A stretch of 64,000 nt of DNA from Antechinus flavipes (GCF_016432865.1 NC_067399.1:569284001-569348000), one strand, 5' to 3'. Shown: positions 26,900 to 41,080, counted from the first letter of the stretch. Notes: generated by a model from the sequence alone, not told the origin. Program-made: numbers and translations.

Positions 26900-27588
26900 T
26901 GAATTGTTCTTAAACCTTTAGCACAGCTCTTTAACCAACAAAACAGACAAGTCACAAAGAACACAGAACATAAATCACATAGACTGCACAATTACAACAT
27001 TAAACAAAACATTTAACATATATAACCAGATAGTGCCCAAAAAGGCACTCAGAATCAGATCAGACCAGATGTGTCTTAGAAGAGTATCATCCAGAATCCT
27101 GGATGCCCATTTGGCATTTTATTATTCTGAGAATCCAGATGCTAGCACAGACAGAACAGGTAAACAGATCAGATTATATCCTAAGACATCCAGACTTACT
27201 CTCCAGCGGCCGAAATGAAGCATCCATGTTGGGCTGTGGCTGAAAACTGCTCTCCTTCCCAGAGACTCTGGAGAAATCCAGAGGGCCAGCCTCTCCAGGC
27301 CAAGAACCCAGATTTCCAGCCGCCCCAAGGCCCAAAGCGAGGAGACCCGAAGGTCTCTAAACTCTAATCCTGCTCTCATTTTCTAATATCTTGGTGGGAG
27401 GCCTCCAAAATATAATGATGAGAAACTGAGGCAAGATAGAAATTAGAGAGTTTTTAATATTTTATTTGAAAGGGAGAGATTTACTGGGACTAAATGGATC
27501 CATGGTTTGGTTCCAGGGCTGAATGAGACTATCATCTCCAAGAATCCAGCAACCTACGTGAGTTCCCAATGACATATATATGCATGTG
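26900..27588 (-). mobile_element. ERV 5' remnant: partial LTR (R/U5), tRNA-Gln-like PBS and leader
   Basis: Minus strand TGGAGGCCTCCCACCAAGAT at 27388-27407 resembles the Gln PBS TGGAGGTCCCACCGAGAT. AATAAA at 27461-27466, donor GTAAGT at 27194-27199, and hairpins in the leader. Both boundaries are approximate. Confidence 0.65.
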
Positions 27589-27877
27589 GAAAAAACATAT
27601 ATCAGTATAATTTGGTGAATTAGAACAAAGTCACAAAAAGAGTAAACATAAAAGATTATTCCAGGGTTTCTAACTAAGAAAAAGCAGTATATCCCTGACA
27701 GTTATAGGAATATTAGGAAAAGAAAATGGCTTTTCAGGATATCTTTATTTCATCTTTTTTTCAATTTCCTTAGCTCTAAAACAGACTAGCATTATCACTT
27801 CACCTCTGAAGGCTGTAAAGAACTACTACTAATGAGTAGAATATGCTGTGGAAATAGGAAGCATTGTGAAGATCCAT

Positions 27878-28120
27878 AGGGAAGCTAGGTACCCAGTGGA
27901 TAAAACGCTAGCTCTGGAGTTAGGAGGATCTAGACACAGAGAAGTGGCCTCAGACACTTATCAGCTGTGTGACCCTGAGTATATCACTTAACTGTTTGTC
28001 TCAGTTTCCTTATCTGTAAAATGAACTGGAGAAGGAAAATGCAAACCTCTCGAGGATCTTTGCCAAGAAAATCCCAAACAGAGTCATGGAGAATTAGACA
28101 CAACTGAAATGATTCAACAA
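27878..28120 (+). mobile_element. MIR/MAR1-type SINE (one of many copies, e.g. ~7207-7400, 9768-9985, 20105-20320, 26300-26505, 45305-45540)
   Basis: Core ctgtgtgacc...ctcagtttcc..atctgtaaaatga plus the MAR1-type tail atctttgccaagaaaa. Confidence 0.7.
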
Positions 28121-31100
28121 GAAATATGATCCTGTTGGGAAGTGATGCTTCAAAAACTATTCATTATAAAGTCTGAAGCAGATTAACAAAAGGAGGGTCA
28201 TAATGGGAGTAAAGGGAATAGGTAGAAGGAAGAGCAAGAGGAGTTTTCATATGCCCACCCAAAAACTGAAATACTTAAAAGTCCCAAGTAGTCAGTCAAT
28301 GGATAGCAAAAACTTTCCACTATTTTCAATGAGTCATTCAGAATCAACTAACAATTGTGCAAAGTCTTTTTGCCTTTCAACAAAGATAAGGCTCCACCAG
28401 TTTTATGAGTACTCATTTTCTTATCGAAGATGTAAATAAAGCATATTCATCATTTGATCCCAGTTCTACCAGGTACATAAAAATACAGAGTCTAGCTATA
28501 TATCCTTAGGTTCACTAAAGTATCCCAGGTAGAATTATAAATTGATTAATCTTTTTAAATGGGCTCTGTGAGCCTTGTTATACACACTTTCCATTGCAAG
28601 CAATCCAGGAAAGTGCAATTAGGTAACCAAGGTTCTCTATATTAGGCTACAGGTAAATAAGTAACTCATATACTAGTTTACTTTAAATATATATATATAT
28701 TTTTTGTTATTTACATAACCTATATATATAAGATATCTAATATAATATACATTAACATCCTAACAACTGAAGTACTGTTTAAAAACCATGAATCTCCCTT
28801 ATATATAGCTTGTTTTTTTTTAAAGTCCATATATTTATTTTTATTTAAAATATATATTTTGCGTATTAGTTCCAAAGCTGTTCTGTGTTTTCTTCTAAAC
28901 TTTCTTCTGTTCTGTCCTCTGCTCTCATCATTCACTTTTTCCCCTTTCCTCCTCAATAGAACCCAGAGTTCAGATCTTTAGCCTTAGAGCAGTAGGCACT
29001 AGAACTTATTATAATCTCCAAATAATCTTGTAATGTAGGTACTATAAATATTATCATCTCCATTTTATAATTCCAGAAACTAAAGCTCAGAGATGTTACT
29101 TATCTTGCCCCTGACCATACTTCCAGTAAATATCTGAAGTGGAATGCTAACCAAGTTAGAATGATAATAAATTCAAATAAAATAAATAAAGCAATTTGGG
29201 GTTTCAGGAAATGGAACACTTGTTAGTAATGAAATCAAGGTCATTCTATTTCTATGTGTAGATGAGCAGAACTAGGGGAGTGGGAATTCAGATGAATTGG
29301 GCAAACTAAGGAACTAAGAAATTAGATTATTTGGGAGAACATTTGTATGTATACCTAAAGATATCTTGTAATGAGAGTAGGGATTGAGGTGAAGAAAAAG
29401 ATTGTAAGCTTGATGTAGGTACTCCCCTCTAAAAACTCAAACATAATCCTCAGATACCTTAGTTGATGGTCTTTGGGAAAGCTGGAGCAAAATAACTCAT
29501 CACCATAGTCAATCTGATGAAATCTTTCCTAACTTACCTAGGAAGTTTCTCAGATGACAAAGTCCATCCCTAGAATTAGATGAGAAGACTTTCCAGGTTG
29601 GCAGGACTTTCAACCCTATAGCAGGTATAATACAAGGTTAAAGCCTTGCCCCAAAAGTTTTTATCTAAATAAATAGCTCTTTAAGAACTAATTTATTCAC
29701 ATGATTTCAACTATCATGTTATCTTAACCTATTTCCTGGGTTCCCAAGCAGCATCTCTAACTTTTCTTCCTGGATGTCTTATCTTCAAATCAAATTTAAC
29801 ATGTCTAGAGTCAAACATATTAAAAATAACAATAATAAAATCACAAATATAAGAGATCTTCATGGAATAATATAATTTGAGAATGAGAAAGGACCTTAAG
29901 CAATTAGCTAATTCAATCCATACACAAACAACAAATACCCACTCTTAACAAATCCAATAAATGGTGATCCAGCCTCTGCTTGAAGACCTACAAAGAAAGG
30001 GCAAAGTCTCTCTAAGCCTTCCAAGCACTTTTGGCAGCTCTAATTATGAGGAAATTTTTCTTGATATTGAACCTCAATTTGCTTCTTCACCACTTTCACC
30101 ATTTGTTCTAGGTTCTACTCTCTGTGACTTCACTGAAAAAATCTAGTCCCTCCTTCATGACATGACAGTCCTTGAAATACTTGAAGACAGCTATCAAGTT
30201 CCCCTAAATCTTCTCATCTTCAGACAAAACATTTTTGGTTCCTTCAAGTGACAACAATGGAAGTCATCTAGTCCTTGGTACTTTATAGAAGATGAAATTA
30301 ACACCTGAGAAGAAATAACTTGTCCAAATTTACACAGCTAGTAAGTGGTGATTCTGAGAGAAGATTCAAATTCTGTCATTTTCCCCCCAAACTACCTCAT
30401 CTTTTGGACATCTCCCATTTTTATCAATAGTATAATTAATTATTTTTTCAGGTACCTAAGCTCAAAATATCACAATTCTTTTACCACCTTCCATTTTCTT
30501 ATCCAAATCCATTCAACATTCAAATTCTTTCTATACCTTTTTTTCTCCTAATATTTCCCTTATCTTCCCATTCCATTTTATTTTCATTGTTAAAAACATT
30601 AGACCAGCCCTTTATCACTTCAAACTAGGAATATTTCAATAGTCGTTTAAGTTTTCTTGACATCAATCTCTCCTTCTACTAATCCAAATGCAACAATAAA
30701 TTTAATTAATGGAAGCACCAGCTATATTTACCTCACTATGCCATACAATGGAAAAGAGCAAGATGAAGTTTAGTCATGGTTCTTCAAAGGCAGAGTTTGG
30801 TATGATGAGAAACATAAAAAAATTAAAATAGAAAATAATGAAATTAAAAAGTGCTGATGAGTTAGTTTCAATGGTCTTGTGATGAAGAGTACCATCTGCA
30901 CCCAGAGAGAGGACTGTGGCAACTAGGTGTGGATCACAAAATAGTATTTTCACCTTTTTTTATTGTTGTTTGATTACATTTTGTTTTCGTTCTCATTTTT
31001 TTCCTTTCTGATCTGATTTTTCACATGCAGTATGATAACTGTGGAAATATGTATAGAAGAATTGACACATTTAACATATTGGATTATTTGCCATCTGGGG

Positions 31101-31807
31101 AAGGGAGTAGGCGAAGGGAAGAAAAACAAATTTGGAACACAAGGTTTTATAAAGGTGAATGTTGAAAATTATGCATACATTTTGAAACTTTCAATTTATT
31201 TTAATAAAAAAATGTTAATGAAGGAAAGATAATTTCCAAGTGAAGGAATAAAGAAAGGCTTCATAAAAGAGGTACCATTCGATCTGGGTTTAAAGGCTAA
31301 ATAGAATTTCAACAAGTTGGGAGGCTTTTAGAAGCAGTGTGAGATTGAGTAATAAATGTAAGTTAAATTAGTATGAGATTATAGAGACTTGAATGCCAAA
31401 AATTAGTTCTTCATCCTTTAGGAAATGAGAAGCCACTATGCAATAATCAACAAGAACATATTAAATGCCAGCTGTGTGACATGCTCTATATTAGGCAAAA
31501 GAATGACAATCAGATTTGCACCTAAGAATGATTAATCTAGTAGTGATATGAACAATGTGTTGGAAGGATGAAGCCTGGGAATGGAGAGTCTGATTAAGGT
31601 ACTGTAATGGTCTAATCAAGAGATGATGAGAAAAATCATTACTTAAGTAGTAACAACAGGAATGAGAAGGAAGTTATGATATCACAGAGGGAGAACTAAA
31701 TAAATGTGAATGGTATGGGAAAGGAAGAAGTCAAAGATGACATCAGATTTCCAAGCAAAGATAAGACAGATGATTAGTTAACAGAAAAAAGGAATTCAAA
31801 GGAATAA

Positions 31808-31813
<6 letters not shown>

Positions 31814-31844
<31 letters not shown>

Positions 31845-32425
31845 AGAGTCAGTGGTCACAAATTTATTTTCTGCTCATGTCATTCCTATCTATATGATTT
31901 TGGGCAAGGCACTTAATTTTCAGAATTACAAATTTCTTCCAATCAAGTAAACAAGAATTCAGTAAAAGCCGGTATTGGGGAAACATAGAAAAGCAAGAAT
32001 AATTACTGCTCTCACGGCTATCACAATATAAATGGAAGCCAACATGCCAAGAGCAATGTATATATTATGTCTAATAATCATAATAATCACAATCCTATGG
32101 CCTTTAGTGATGGGAGGCTCATTACTTTCAGAGGAAATCCATTCCATTTGGGAATTTGATTCTCATAACAGCCTATAGCATATATTATAGTAATACAATT
32201 ATTGTTTTTCCTAGATAAGGAAACTGATGTTCAAAAAGGATAAATAGCTTCCATGAGATCACATTTAGCTCAAACAAAGTCTTATTTCTTTTTTTTTTAA
32301 ATTTTTTATTTAATAATTACATTATATTGACACTCATTTCTGTTCCGATTTTTTCCCCTCCCTCCCTCCACCCCCTCCCCTAGATGGCAAGCAGTCCTTT
32401 ATATGTTGGATATGTTGCAGTATAG
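31814..32425 (-). mobile_element. L1 3'-end fragment with 3'-transduced flank
   Basis: Minus-strand order: TSD, L1 3' end (32299-32423), A10, about 450 bp of non-L1 DNA, AATAAA (31863-31868), A-tail (T run 31812-31838), TSD. The TSD is AAGGAATAACAAATT at 31799-31813 and 32426-32440. Confidence 0.85.
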
Positions 32426-33399
32426 AAGGAATAACAAATTAAGGGAAAAGACAGAGCATAAATTCAGTTTTGAACATACTGAATTTGAAATGACAATGGG
32501 ACATCTGGGTAGAGATGTCCAGAAGATACTGATCAAGGAAGCTGGGTTTAAAGAGATAGAAATGGTTCAAATGGTTGTTGTGGAGAACATGATAAGGAAC
32601 TTAAAAAGAGGTGAATAAAAGAACATAGAAATGGAAATGAGAGTATTTGAAGTTAAGAAACATAAATTTATAATGGATAGAAATAAACATTTTATAATTT
32701 TCTTTAGCAATACTGAGTAGCTTAGGACATAGAAGGGAAATTAGTTGGTAAAAGTTAACCAGTTACAGATTAACTTGACAAGAATGGTAGAAAATAATTT
32801 CCCTAAAATAATGCTTCAAATTAGCAATTCTGATTAAAAAAATCAATTAGATAATAAAACAGACTTCCCCCTTCTTGTTAGAGAAATAGGGAACTATGAA
32901 AAAGGAATAGTGTATATACTCTTAGTCATAGCCATTTTTTGGTCAGTTCTGCTTAACCTGTTTGATTATAATGATTGTAACTCATTGCTTGCATTGGAAA
33001 ATGCTATCTATTTACATCCAGAGAAAGAACTATAGGTCGGAATGAATGAAGGTCCTGATTCTTTTTTTTTACAACATGACTAATATAGAAATATGTTTAA
33101 CATGATTGCACATGTATAGCCTATATGGGACTGCAAACTTGGAGAGGGGTAGGAAACCGAGGGAGAGAGAAAAATTTCTCCCTCAAAAATCTAACAAAAA
33201 TGAATGCTAAAAACTCTCTTTGCATATAAGAAAAATACTATAAAATGCAAAAAATGCAAAAAAATTGTAACTCATTGTTACAAGGTAAAGGAGGAGAGAA
33301 AATAAATGTATAAAGAAATAAAAAGAATCACTAAAAAAATTTTATACACAGCTTTATATATGTCATTTCCTTATTTAACTGGCTCTCTAAAACGGATTT

Positions 33400-34040
33400 G
33401 ACATCTTATAGATGTAGATGTTTCCTCCAATAACCCAAGCTGCAGTCCATTCACAGCTGCCCTGGGAGATTTTTGTTACTCTTTTTGTAAATTCAACACA
33501 GTCCTCTCAACTCGCTGGAGGATCTCCACCACTTTTCCTGATGTTTTGAGGAGAGTTCAAGCTATCTCCCTGTCATCCTTCACCCTTATCACATAACAGT
33601 ATATTTTTTCTTCCTATCATACAATGTCTTGATGGTATCTTTGTTCTTCTGTTCTTCAAAATATCTGACTGGTTATAAACTGCTCACTCCTACTGGGTAG
33701 CTATCCACTGGCCTCTGTACAACATTCTTTACCAATCCTTCAGAGACTGTTATGTTCCATGTCTTACAGTCTTATAATAGCACTAGTAGAAGATTAGTTT
33801 AAAAAAGATGGGTAATTTTTTTGTCGTTGGGAGAAGCTTAGCATCATTAAATGAACTTTGCAATTCCTGAAAGCAAATGATCCTGTTCTCTGCCTTTTGT
33901 TTAATTCTGGACCCAACTCTAGTCACTTGTACCTTCTGTTCTATATACACATAACGATGGACAAGCTCTATAGGTTTTCCATCCAGATGTATGTCATAAT
34001 CTGGACAAAATATTCTTCACCTACTTGATGCTTCCTACAT
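33400..34040 (-). mobile_element. Degenerate RTE LINE fragment
   Basis: Minus-strand translation gives interrupted RTE-like RT C-terminal motifs (CPDYDIHLDGKPIELVHRYVY..., HLF.TNLL.VLL..C.TWN). Confidence 0.6.
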
Positions 34041-34329
34041 GGACAATTAGGACTTACAGATCACTTCCAGGGGCTGTGAGGTATTCTAGAGTCTGAGGCC
34101 ACCAACACAATGTCATCTGAAAAGTGAGAGCATGTAAAGGACTTCATATTCCACAGGATATAGCTAACTATTACAATATAAAGAAAATCCAAATTCTTGG
34201 TACATAAGCCCTCCAGAATCTGGTCCTAAATTATCTATATCTCATAATACATAACTCAACTGGACTTCCTCATTGCTGATAGGCAATCTTTTTATACTTA
34301 CCTAATTGATTTGTTATCCTATTCCCCAG

Positions 34330-34800
34330 TGACTTTTCCAGACTTTTTCATCTCTCTTCAAACCTTCAAAGCTTTTCCCTACCCTCTTAGCTGAGAACCC
34401 TGCCTCATATTTCACTGAAAAAACTAAGGCCATTCATTGAGAGCTCCTTTTCCTCTCTCTATATCATATTATTTAAATGTCTTTCCCTACTACTTCCTCC
34501 AATCCTGTGTCACACAAGGAGATAGCTCTTCTTGCCAAGGCAAACCCCTCTACATGCACAAGTGATTCTATTTCATCCCATGTTTTCCAACATATTCCCC
34601 TCTGTCTTACTTTTCTTCACACTCTCTACCCATTGACAAAAACACTCATATCTACTCCATCCTCAAAAAAAATTCTCCATGCTCTGTCTGTTAGATATTG
34701 TGCTCTATTTCTGTTCCCTTTCAGAGCATCCTTCTCTTTGGAAAAAATTATCTGTAGTCAGTACTTCACTCCTGTCCTATGTAACAACCTTCCTAGACTT
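34330..34800 (+). mobile_element. L2 LINE ORF2 fragment
   Basis: Motifs tcatatttcactgaaaaa...ggccattc and gccaaggcaaacccctctacatgc are characteristic of L2. Confidence 0.55.
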
Positions 34801-34934
34801 TGTTAAAAGAAAATTAAGCGGAATTTTATGGGATGGGTTACTCTATGACCTATTTTATTTATTTGTATTCACATCAGGAAACTTTTATAGTGAAAACACT
34901 ATGCAAGGACTTTTGTTTAAAACGAGTTATAGAA

Positions 34935-35100
34935 TATATATTTCTACCATGTTTAACATATACTGGACTGCTTGCCATTTAGGGGAGGGAGTGGGGGAAG
35001 GAGAGAAAATTGGAACACAGGGTTCTGCAAGGGCTAATGTTGAAGAATTGTCCACTGCTCTGAAAAATAAAAAGCTTTAATAAATAATAATAATAATAAA
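34935..35100 (+). mobile_element. Short L1 3' end
   Basis: L1 3'UTR terminus with an (AAT)n/A tail; TSD TAAAA[C/T]GAGTTATAGAA at 34918-34934 and 35101-35117. Confidence 0.75.
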
Positions 35101-37393
35101 TAAAATGAGTTATAGAAGATCTAACTATAATCTGACAAAGAACCCAAATGGATACCAGATCAAAAAGAAATAAAAGTAAATTTCTTCATACAACAACTCC
35201 TGACTAAAAACAAAAACTAAATAAATAAAATGGCTTGAAGCCTGGAGGTTTTTAAAAGGGATCCTACTAGGGAAGCTAGACTCAACAAAGATAAGCAAGC
35301 CAGAAACTTGCCAGTGTTCTGACTAGAGAAACTCCAGGGGTCCCTGAAGCCTTCAGTGATAGAAAAGAGGATCTATAATGTTTGAAAGGAGAAGCTGTTA
35401 GGGAAGAAAGATGAATGAAAACTATAGTGCTTCATGGAAAAAAAAACTAGACATCTACATTTAGTCTGACCTCATTTGCTCCTAAGGACTCTGGAGACCA
35501 CAGATGATCCCGTGGATAAGCCAGGAGGTCTTGTCAGCACTATCCGTGTAGATAGGTAAGGGGAAGTGGAAGCCAGAGACAGAAGCTCAAGAAATTGAAG
35601 GTCAGGATTAAACATGGCATAATTGTGTGGAGGGGAAGAAGAAGAGTCACACTGGCACTAAATCATAAATGAGGAACTGAGGTAGGAAAGACGATTAAAT
35701 AGAAAAACTAAACATTGCTTTTATGGAAATGAAGCAAGAGATAAAAGATAAAATTACTTGTGAGAAAGAATCAGAAAAAGAAAAAAAAATCTCAACAGAA
35801 GGTGAACAATCCTACCTAAATAACAACTCTGAAAATTAAAATGGAGCAAAGAGAACTCAATGACTCCATGAAACAAAAAGAAATAATTAAAGAAAATAAA
35901 AATATTTAAAAAGTAATTAACAACCTTTCCAATAAGATGAGAAATAAAACAAGAATGTCTGTATCATTACTATTTCATGACATTGTGATAAAACACTAGT
36001 TAAAACAATAAAGAAATTAAATTGAAGGAATAAGCACAGGCAAAGGAAAAACAATTTTTTTTTCTAATAATTTTATTAGAGTTTGCAGATGATATGATAG
36101 TTCATATAGCGAACTCTAGGAAGAAAGCTAGAAATATAATAGAAATGACAATACTTTCTAAACTAATTTATTTATTCAGGGTCATAACAATCATCAACTA
36201 CCAAAAGATTACTTTACAGAGGAGAAAAGAAATAACAAAATTCATTTGGAGGAACAAAATGTCAAAATTTTCAAGGAAAATAATGATGCCTTTTGGTACA
36301 AGGACTCAAAAATTTGACTGTATCGTCACAAGAATCACTAAGATAGCAAGATCTCCAGAGAAATCTGTTGTATTTTATGTACAAAGGAACACATAGAAAT
36401 TTTGTCTTAACCAGTCAGACGTCCTCATGGGCAAAGAAAATCATGCAAGTTTTACCTAGAATGGTTTAGTTTCTCATCTAATTGTGCAGGCATAACTTCT
36501 AGTCAACTCTAGGTCTCCAATCTCTGTGGGCAGAAGCCTCTTAGACCCAATTTTGGTTTTGTTGTAGCACTTGGGAATTGAACTAACAGAATAGACAAGC
36601 CTCTCCACAGGAGAGAAAGAATGAGGATCCAGTCCCCCAGAACCAATTAATCAATGTTGCTATACAAACACCAAGTCAAATTCATTTGGTTTCTCAACAG
36701 AAGAGTAAAAGGCTGACTTGTAGAGAATTCAATCCCTGTGGAAAGAAGCCCACAATTCTCAGAGAACACTGTAAACAGACTTTACTCTGAAAAAGGTGGT
36801 TTGATAGTATCTTTATTATTTTTAGGTTAGGTAAGGACCATCAAAGTACCAACATAAGAATCAATCTATTACAACTTTAAATCATTTGTACTACGTATTT
36901 ATAAGTACAAAAGAATGTTAATGACTTGCTTATGAACTATGCTATGTAGATTTTTCTAGAGACACTGGGCAAGGCCTTCAAAAAGGAAATGAAGAACACC
37001 CCCAAACACTAAAAGAGCTGTTCAGGATTTGGGATTTACAGGTTTTGCCAAATACACTCCAGTAGATTTTTCTGGGAAAAGCAGATATCAAAAATGGGGA
37101 GAGAGTATAAGAGTGGAGTTTATTGCACTCAATCCTACTTAAAGTGATAAGATGCCTTAATAACTTTTAATTAAGAGAGAACAAGTCCCAGTTAATAAAT
37201 TTCAACTATAAGCTTTCATTTCAATTAGTCAAGATTTAAAAGTAAGTAGGAAAAGTTCTTGGAAATGAATGACAATGATGTTGCATAGCAATTATGTTTG
37301 AATTAGCTGAAGAAACTTGGTCACATGATGGGATCATTTATAAAACATACAGCCACTTTAGAACCAGGGTTATTCCAGAGATTGAAGAAGTAC

Positions 37394-38349
37394 CAAATCA
37401 CTATTGATCAGAGAAATGCAAATTAAGACAACTCTGAGATATCACTACACACCTGTCAGATTGGCTAAGATGACAGGAAAAAATAATGATGAATGTTGGA
37501 GGAGATGCAGGAAAACTGGGACACTGATGCATTGTTGGTGGAGTTGTGAACGAATCCAACCATTCTGGAGAGCAATCTGGAATTATGCCCAAAAAGTTGT
37601 CAAATTGTGCATACCCTTTGATCCAGCAGTGTTACTTCTGGGCTTATATCCCAAAGAAACACTAAAGAAGGGAAAGGGACCTGTATGTGTCAAAATGTTT
37701 GAGGCAGCCCTGTTTGTAGTGGCTAGAAATTGGAAAATGAAGGGATGCCCATCAACTGGAGAATAGCTGAGTAAATTGTGGTATATGAATGTTATGGAAT
37801 ATTATTGTTCTGTAAGAAATGACCAGCAGGATGAATACAGAGAGGCTTGGAGAGATTTACATGGACTGATGCTAAGTGAGATGAGCAGAACCAGGAGATC
37901 ATTATACACTTCCAGAACGATATTATATGAGGATGTATTCTGATGGAAGTGGATTTCTTTGACAAAGAGACCTAACTCAGTTTCAATTGATCAAGGATGG
38001 ACAGAAGCAGGTACACCCAAAGAAAGAACACTGGGAAATGAATGTGAACTATCTGCATTTTTGTCTTTCTTCCCGGGTTATTTTTACCTTCTGAATCCAA
38101 TTCTCCCTGTGCAACAAGAGAACTGTTCGATTCTGCAAACATGTATTGTATTTAGGATATACTGCAACATATCTAACATATATAGGACTGCTTGCCATCT
38201 AGGAGAGGGGGTGGAGGGAGGGAGGGGAAAAATCTCAACAGAAGCGAGTGCAAGAGATAATGTTGTAAAAAAATTACCCTGGCATGGATTCTGTCAATAT
38301 AAAGTTATTATAAAATAAAATAAAATATAAAAAGAAAGAAAGAAAGAAA
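37394..38349 (+). mobile_element. 5'-truncated L1 (ORF2 C-terminus + 3'UTR)
   Basis: ORF 37404-37766 is the ORF2 C-terminus, ending at a premature TAG. A/GAAA tail; TSD GAAGAAGTAC at 37384-37393 and 38350-38359. Confidence 0.92.
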
Positions 38350-40264
38350 GAAGAAGTACAACATTCCAATAAAACTCTGAGGAGAAAGGCCCCTAAAAGG
38401 CTTAGTCAGACAAACCTAGGAATGGAGCCATTACCCTGTGTTTCTAAATTTAAAGCAATAAAATAGTTAAATCAAGAATGAGGATGATACTTCTAGCATC
38501 TTTCTCCCCCCTTTATTTTCTGTATCTGAAGAGGTTAAATCTATCTCAGAAACAGAAATGAAATCAAAGATGAATTTGAAGTCTTACCTAACCAAAAAAT
38601 GTCTTAGGCAAGATATCTTTTTGACACTCAAAGCAGGGTGTGGTTTCTAATTTACTTTCTGCATTATTTGTTGCCCAATAATCTCAGGGGTGACATTCTT
38701 TTCTGATGACATGTGAGTAAAATACAATGAACTATCTAATAAGTTATAAAAATAACTTGTGACATCAGCAATATCCTTTATGGGAGACTACATGAAGATA
38801 AACACTGTAAAGAAGAATTACAACAGTTTTTCTGTGTCTACTTAATGTATTTCAAGATCAAGTTTTATAATATGTCAATGTATTTGAACTGTTTTATTAT
38901 TTTATGAGAATTACAAATGTTCAAAAAATTACATGAGAAAAAGACCATTAAGCACAAAAGAAAGGAACCATTATGTGACATTCTCAAAACCATTTATTCT
39001 TGGCTTTGTCCATTCAATAATGCAACAGGGAAGCAGATTTTTATTTTAGATCTCCTTGTTAGTTATATGATAGGAGAAAAGAAGCTTTAACAACTAACTT
39101 ATTCAGTACACAATACAAAGGACTTAAATTCATATACTAGTAACCCTTTGAGGCTTTTAGGATCTTTTCCCATAATGAAAGAGGAGAATGATTGCTCAAA
39201 ATCTTCCCTGAAGGCTTTGAAAGCTGGTATAACTATCCAAGAATCCAAAGTAAAGCAAAGAAAGAAGAAGAAGAAAGTTATGCTTTTCCTGCACATGTTC
39301 TAGGCTCTCTTCTAGAGCTACAGGAATCATACTTCATAGGGTCCAAGAACAAAAATAATGAAAAATATCTAATTTCATTCCAAAATTCTTCACTGAGTTT
39401 AATGACAATGCAGACCAATAATACTGAGACAAAGAAACTTATTCAGAAATGAAAAATAATTTCTGAAAAAAAAATACTATCAATGATTTGCCTTAGGAAC
39501 ATTTAATCTGACAAAAAAAGTCTTGTAATAGACTAACATCTGAAAGACAAACTTCTAATGGGGACAATAGATCCTACTGATGGATCTTATTAAAGGGAAC
39601 ATAACTAAATATGAGTCATCTTATATAAATAGATTTTCAAATGAGCAAGTTCATATTGGAGATAACAACGTGGACATGTGTTGTACTAGTATAATACAGG
39701 CTCCAGGTTCTCTCTTGGAATTTTCATGTTCCATCTCTGAATAATTCATTTACATCAGTCAGCCTATCTTCACAACAGTGAAGGGATAGACTATATCCCA
39801 CAGTTATAGTTGAAGATGGATCTAAGAACAAATTCTCTAGCCCACTCATACCTTCTTCCCATTCCAAATATGATCTTAGTGGTCACCTACTTACTGAAAT
39901 GCAGCACAACCCTGAATTATGTCACCTTCATTTTAGTAACTACACTTTCCATGACAAATTCATACTTTGAAAACTACAGCAAAAGTCCCCCATGGGTCCT
40001 GGCCAAAGCATGGAATAACATTTTATAATCTGCCTAAATCTCACTCTGGTATCCAATTACTCTGAGTTCAATGAATGTTCAATTCTCTCTGCACAAATGA
40101 ATAGAGGCTATGCAGAGTTTGAAAACAAAACACAAACTAAATATATTAAAGACAGTTCTGGAACATTCCTAAGGTGGAAGTTGGACAAAAGAATAGGGAA
40201 AAGGAGATAGAAATAGCCTGAAGCTCCTAACTTACTGGGAACCTTGTTCTGGGACAAGATGTAC

Positions 40265-40336
40265 CTTATCCATGTGGAAGATCAAGTCCAACTCACAGAC
40301 ATTTTCAAAACACTTGTCCAATGTCTCCACAAAAAC
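40265..40336 (-). CDS. AP3S2: AP3S2 exon 4
   Basis: ctttctgtag|GTTTTT...GATAAG|gtac. Encodes VFVETLDKCFENVCELDLIFHMDK; 72 bp. Confidence 0.97.
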
Positions 40337-41080
40337 CTACAGAAAGAAGAAAAATAAATTTAAATCAAAATGGAAGAAAAATTAGTTCATATATTTTAAA
40401 AGTAAAATCGCTGGGGAGTTGGACAGCTATATCTTAAGCTTACCCTTACGTCTCAAAAGAATATGTACTGGGTTTTTAATATTAAGTGTTAACTGAACAC
40501 TACTGTAACCCAGTACAGGGAATGCAAAAAGCTTCTAGAGAAAAAAAATCTCATATTTTAATATGGCTCCAAAGCTTACAGAGACAGGTGGAATACTTTC
40601 TCCTTTCATGAGGTCCCCAAAGTTTTTATATAGCAAGAGGTTTCCTTTTTACTTGATCAATAGTTAATCTAAGCTTTTGTTTGCCTATCTCCCACTTTTT
40701 ACTTAGAGTTGTTCAGAAGGACTTGATTCAGAGCACCACCTGCTGGTCATCTGACAATTCTGTCTCAGGTATCAACCTAACACTAGTAAAGTGTTTTGGT
40801 GATCCAAGGCAAACCAACTACAAAGCTTTCCACAGAGCCTCCAGGAGACCCAAGGGATAAAAGAGATGAGCAAAGATAATGTAAAACGGGCAGTTTACAC
40901 CACTGACTAAGGCTTGGAGCCATTTTACTATCACCTCACCCTAGGATTCTAGAATCATAGATCTAGAGCTGGGAGGGAGCTCAATAATGCCAGCCTAACC
41001 TCCTTCATTTACCTATAAGAAAATTAGATCCCAGGAAGTTAAGTACCTGTTCTACTTCTCAACAAGTTCACCATACATAC

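Noticed and set aside
36284-36855. Possible LTR interrupting an old L1 (TG...CA-like ends)
   Set aside because: No convincing TSD or diagnostic motifs; it cannot be classified without a repeat search.
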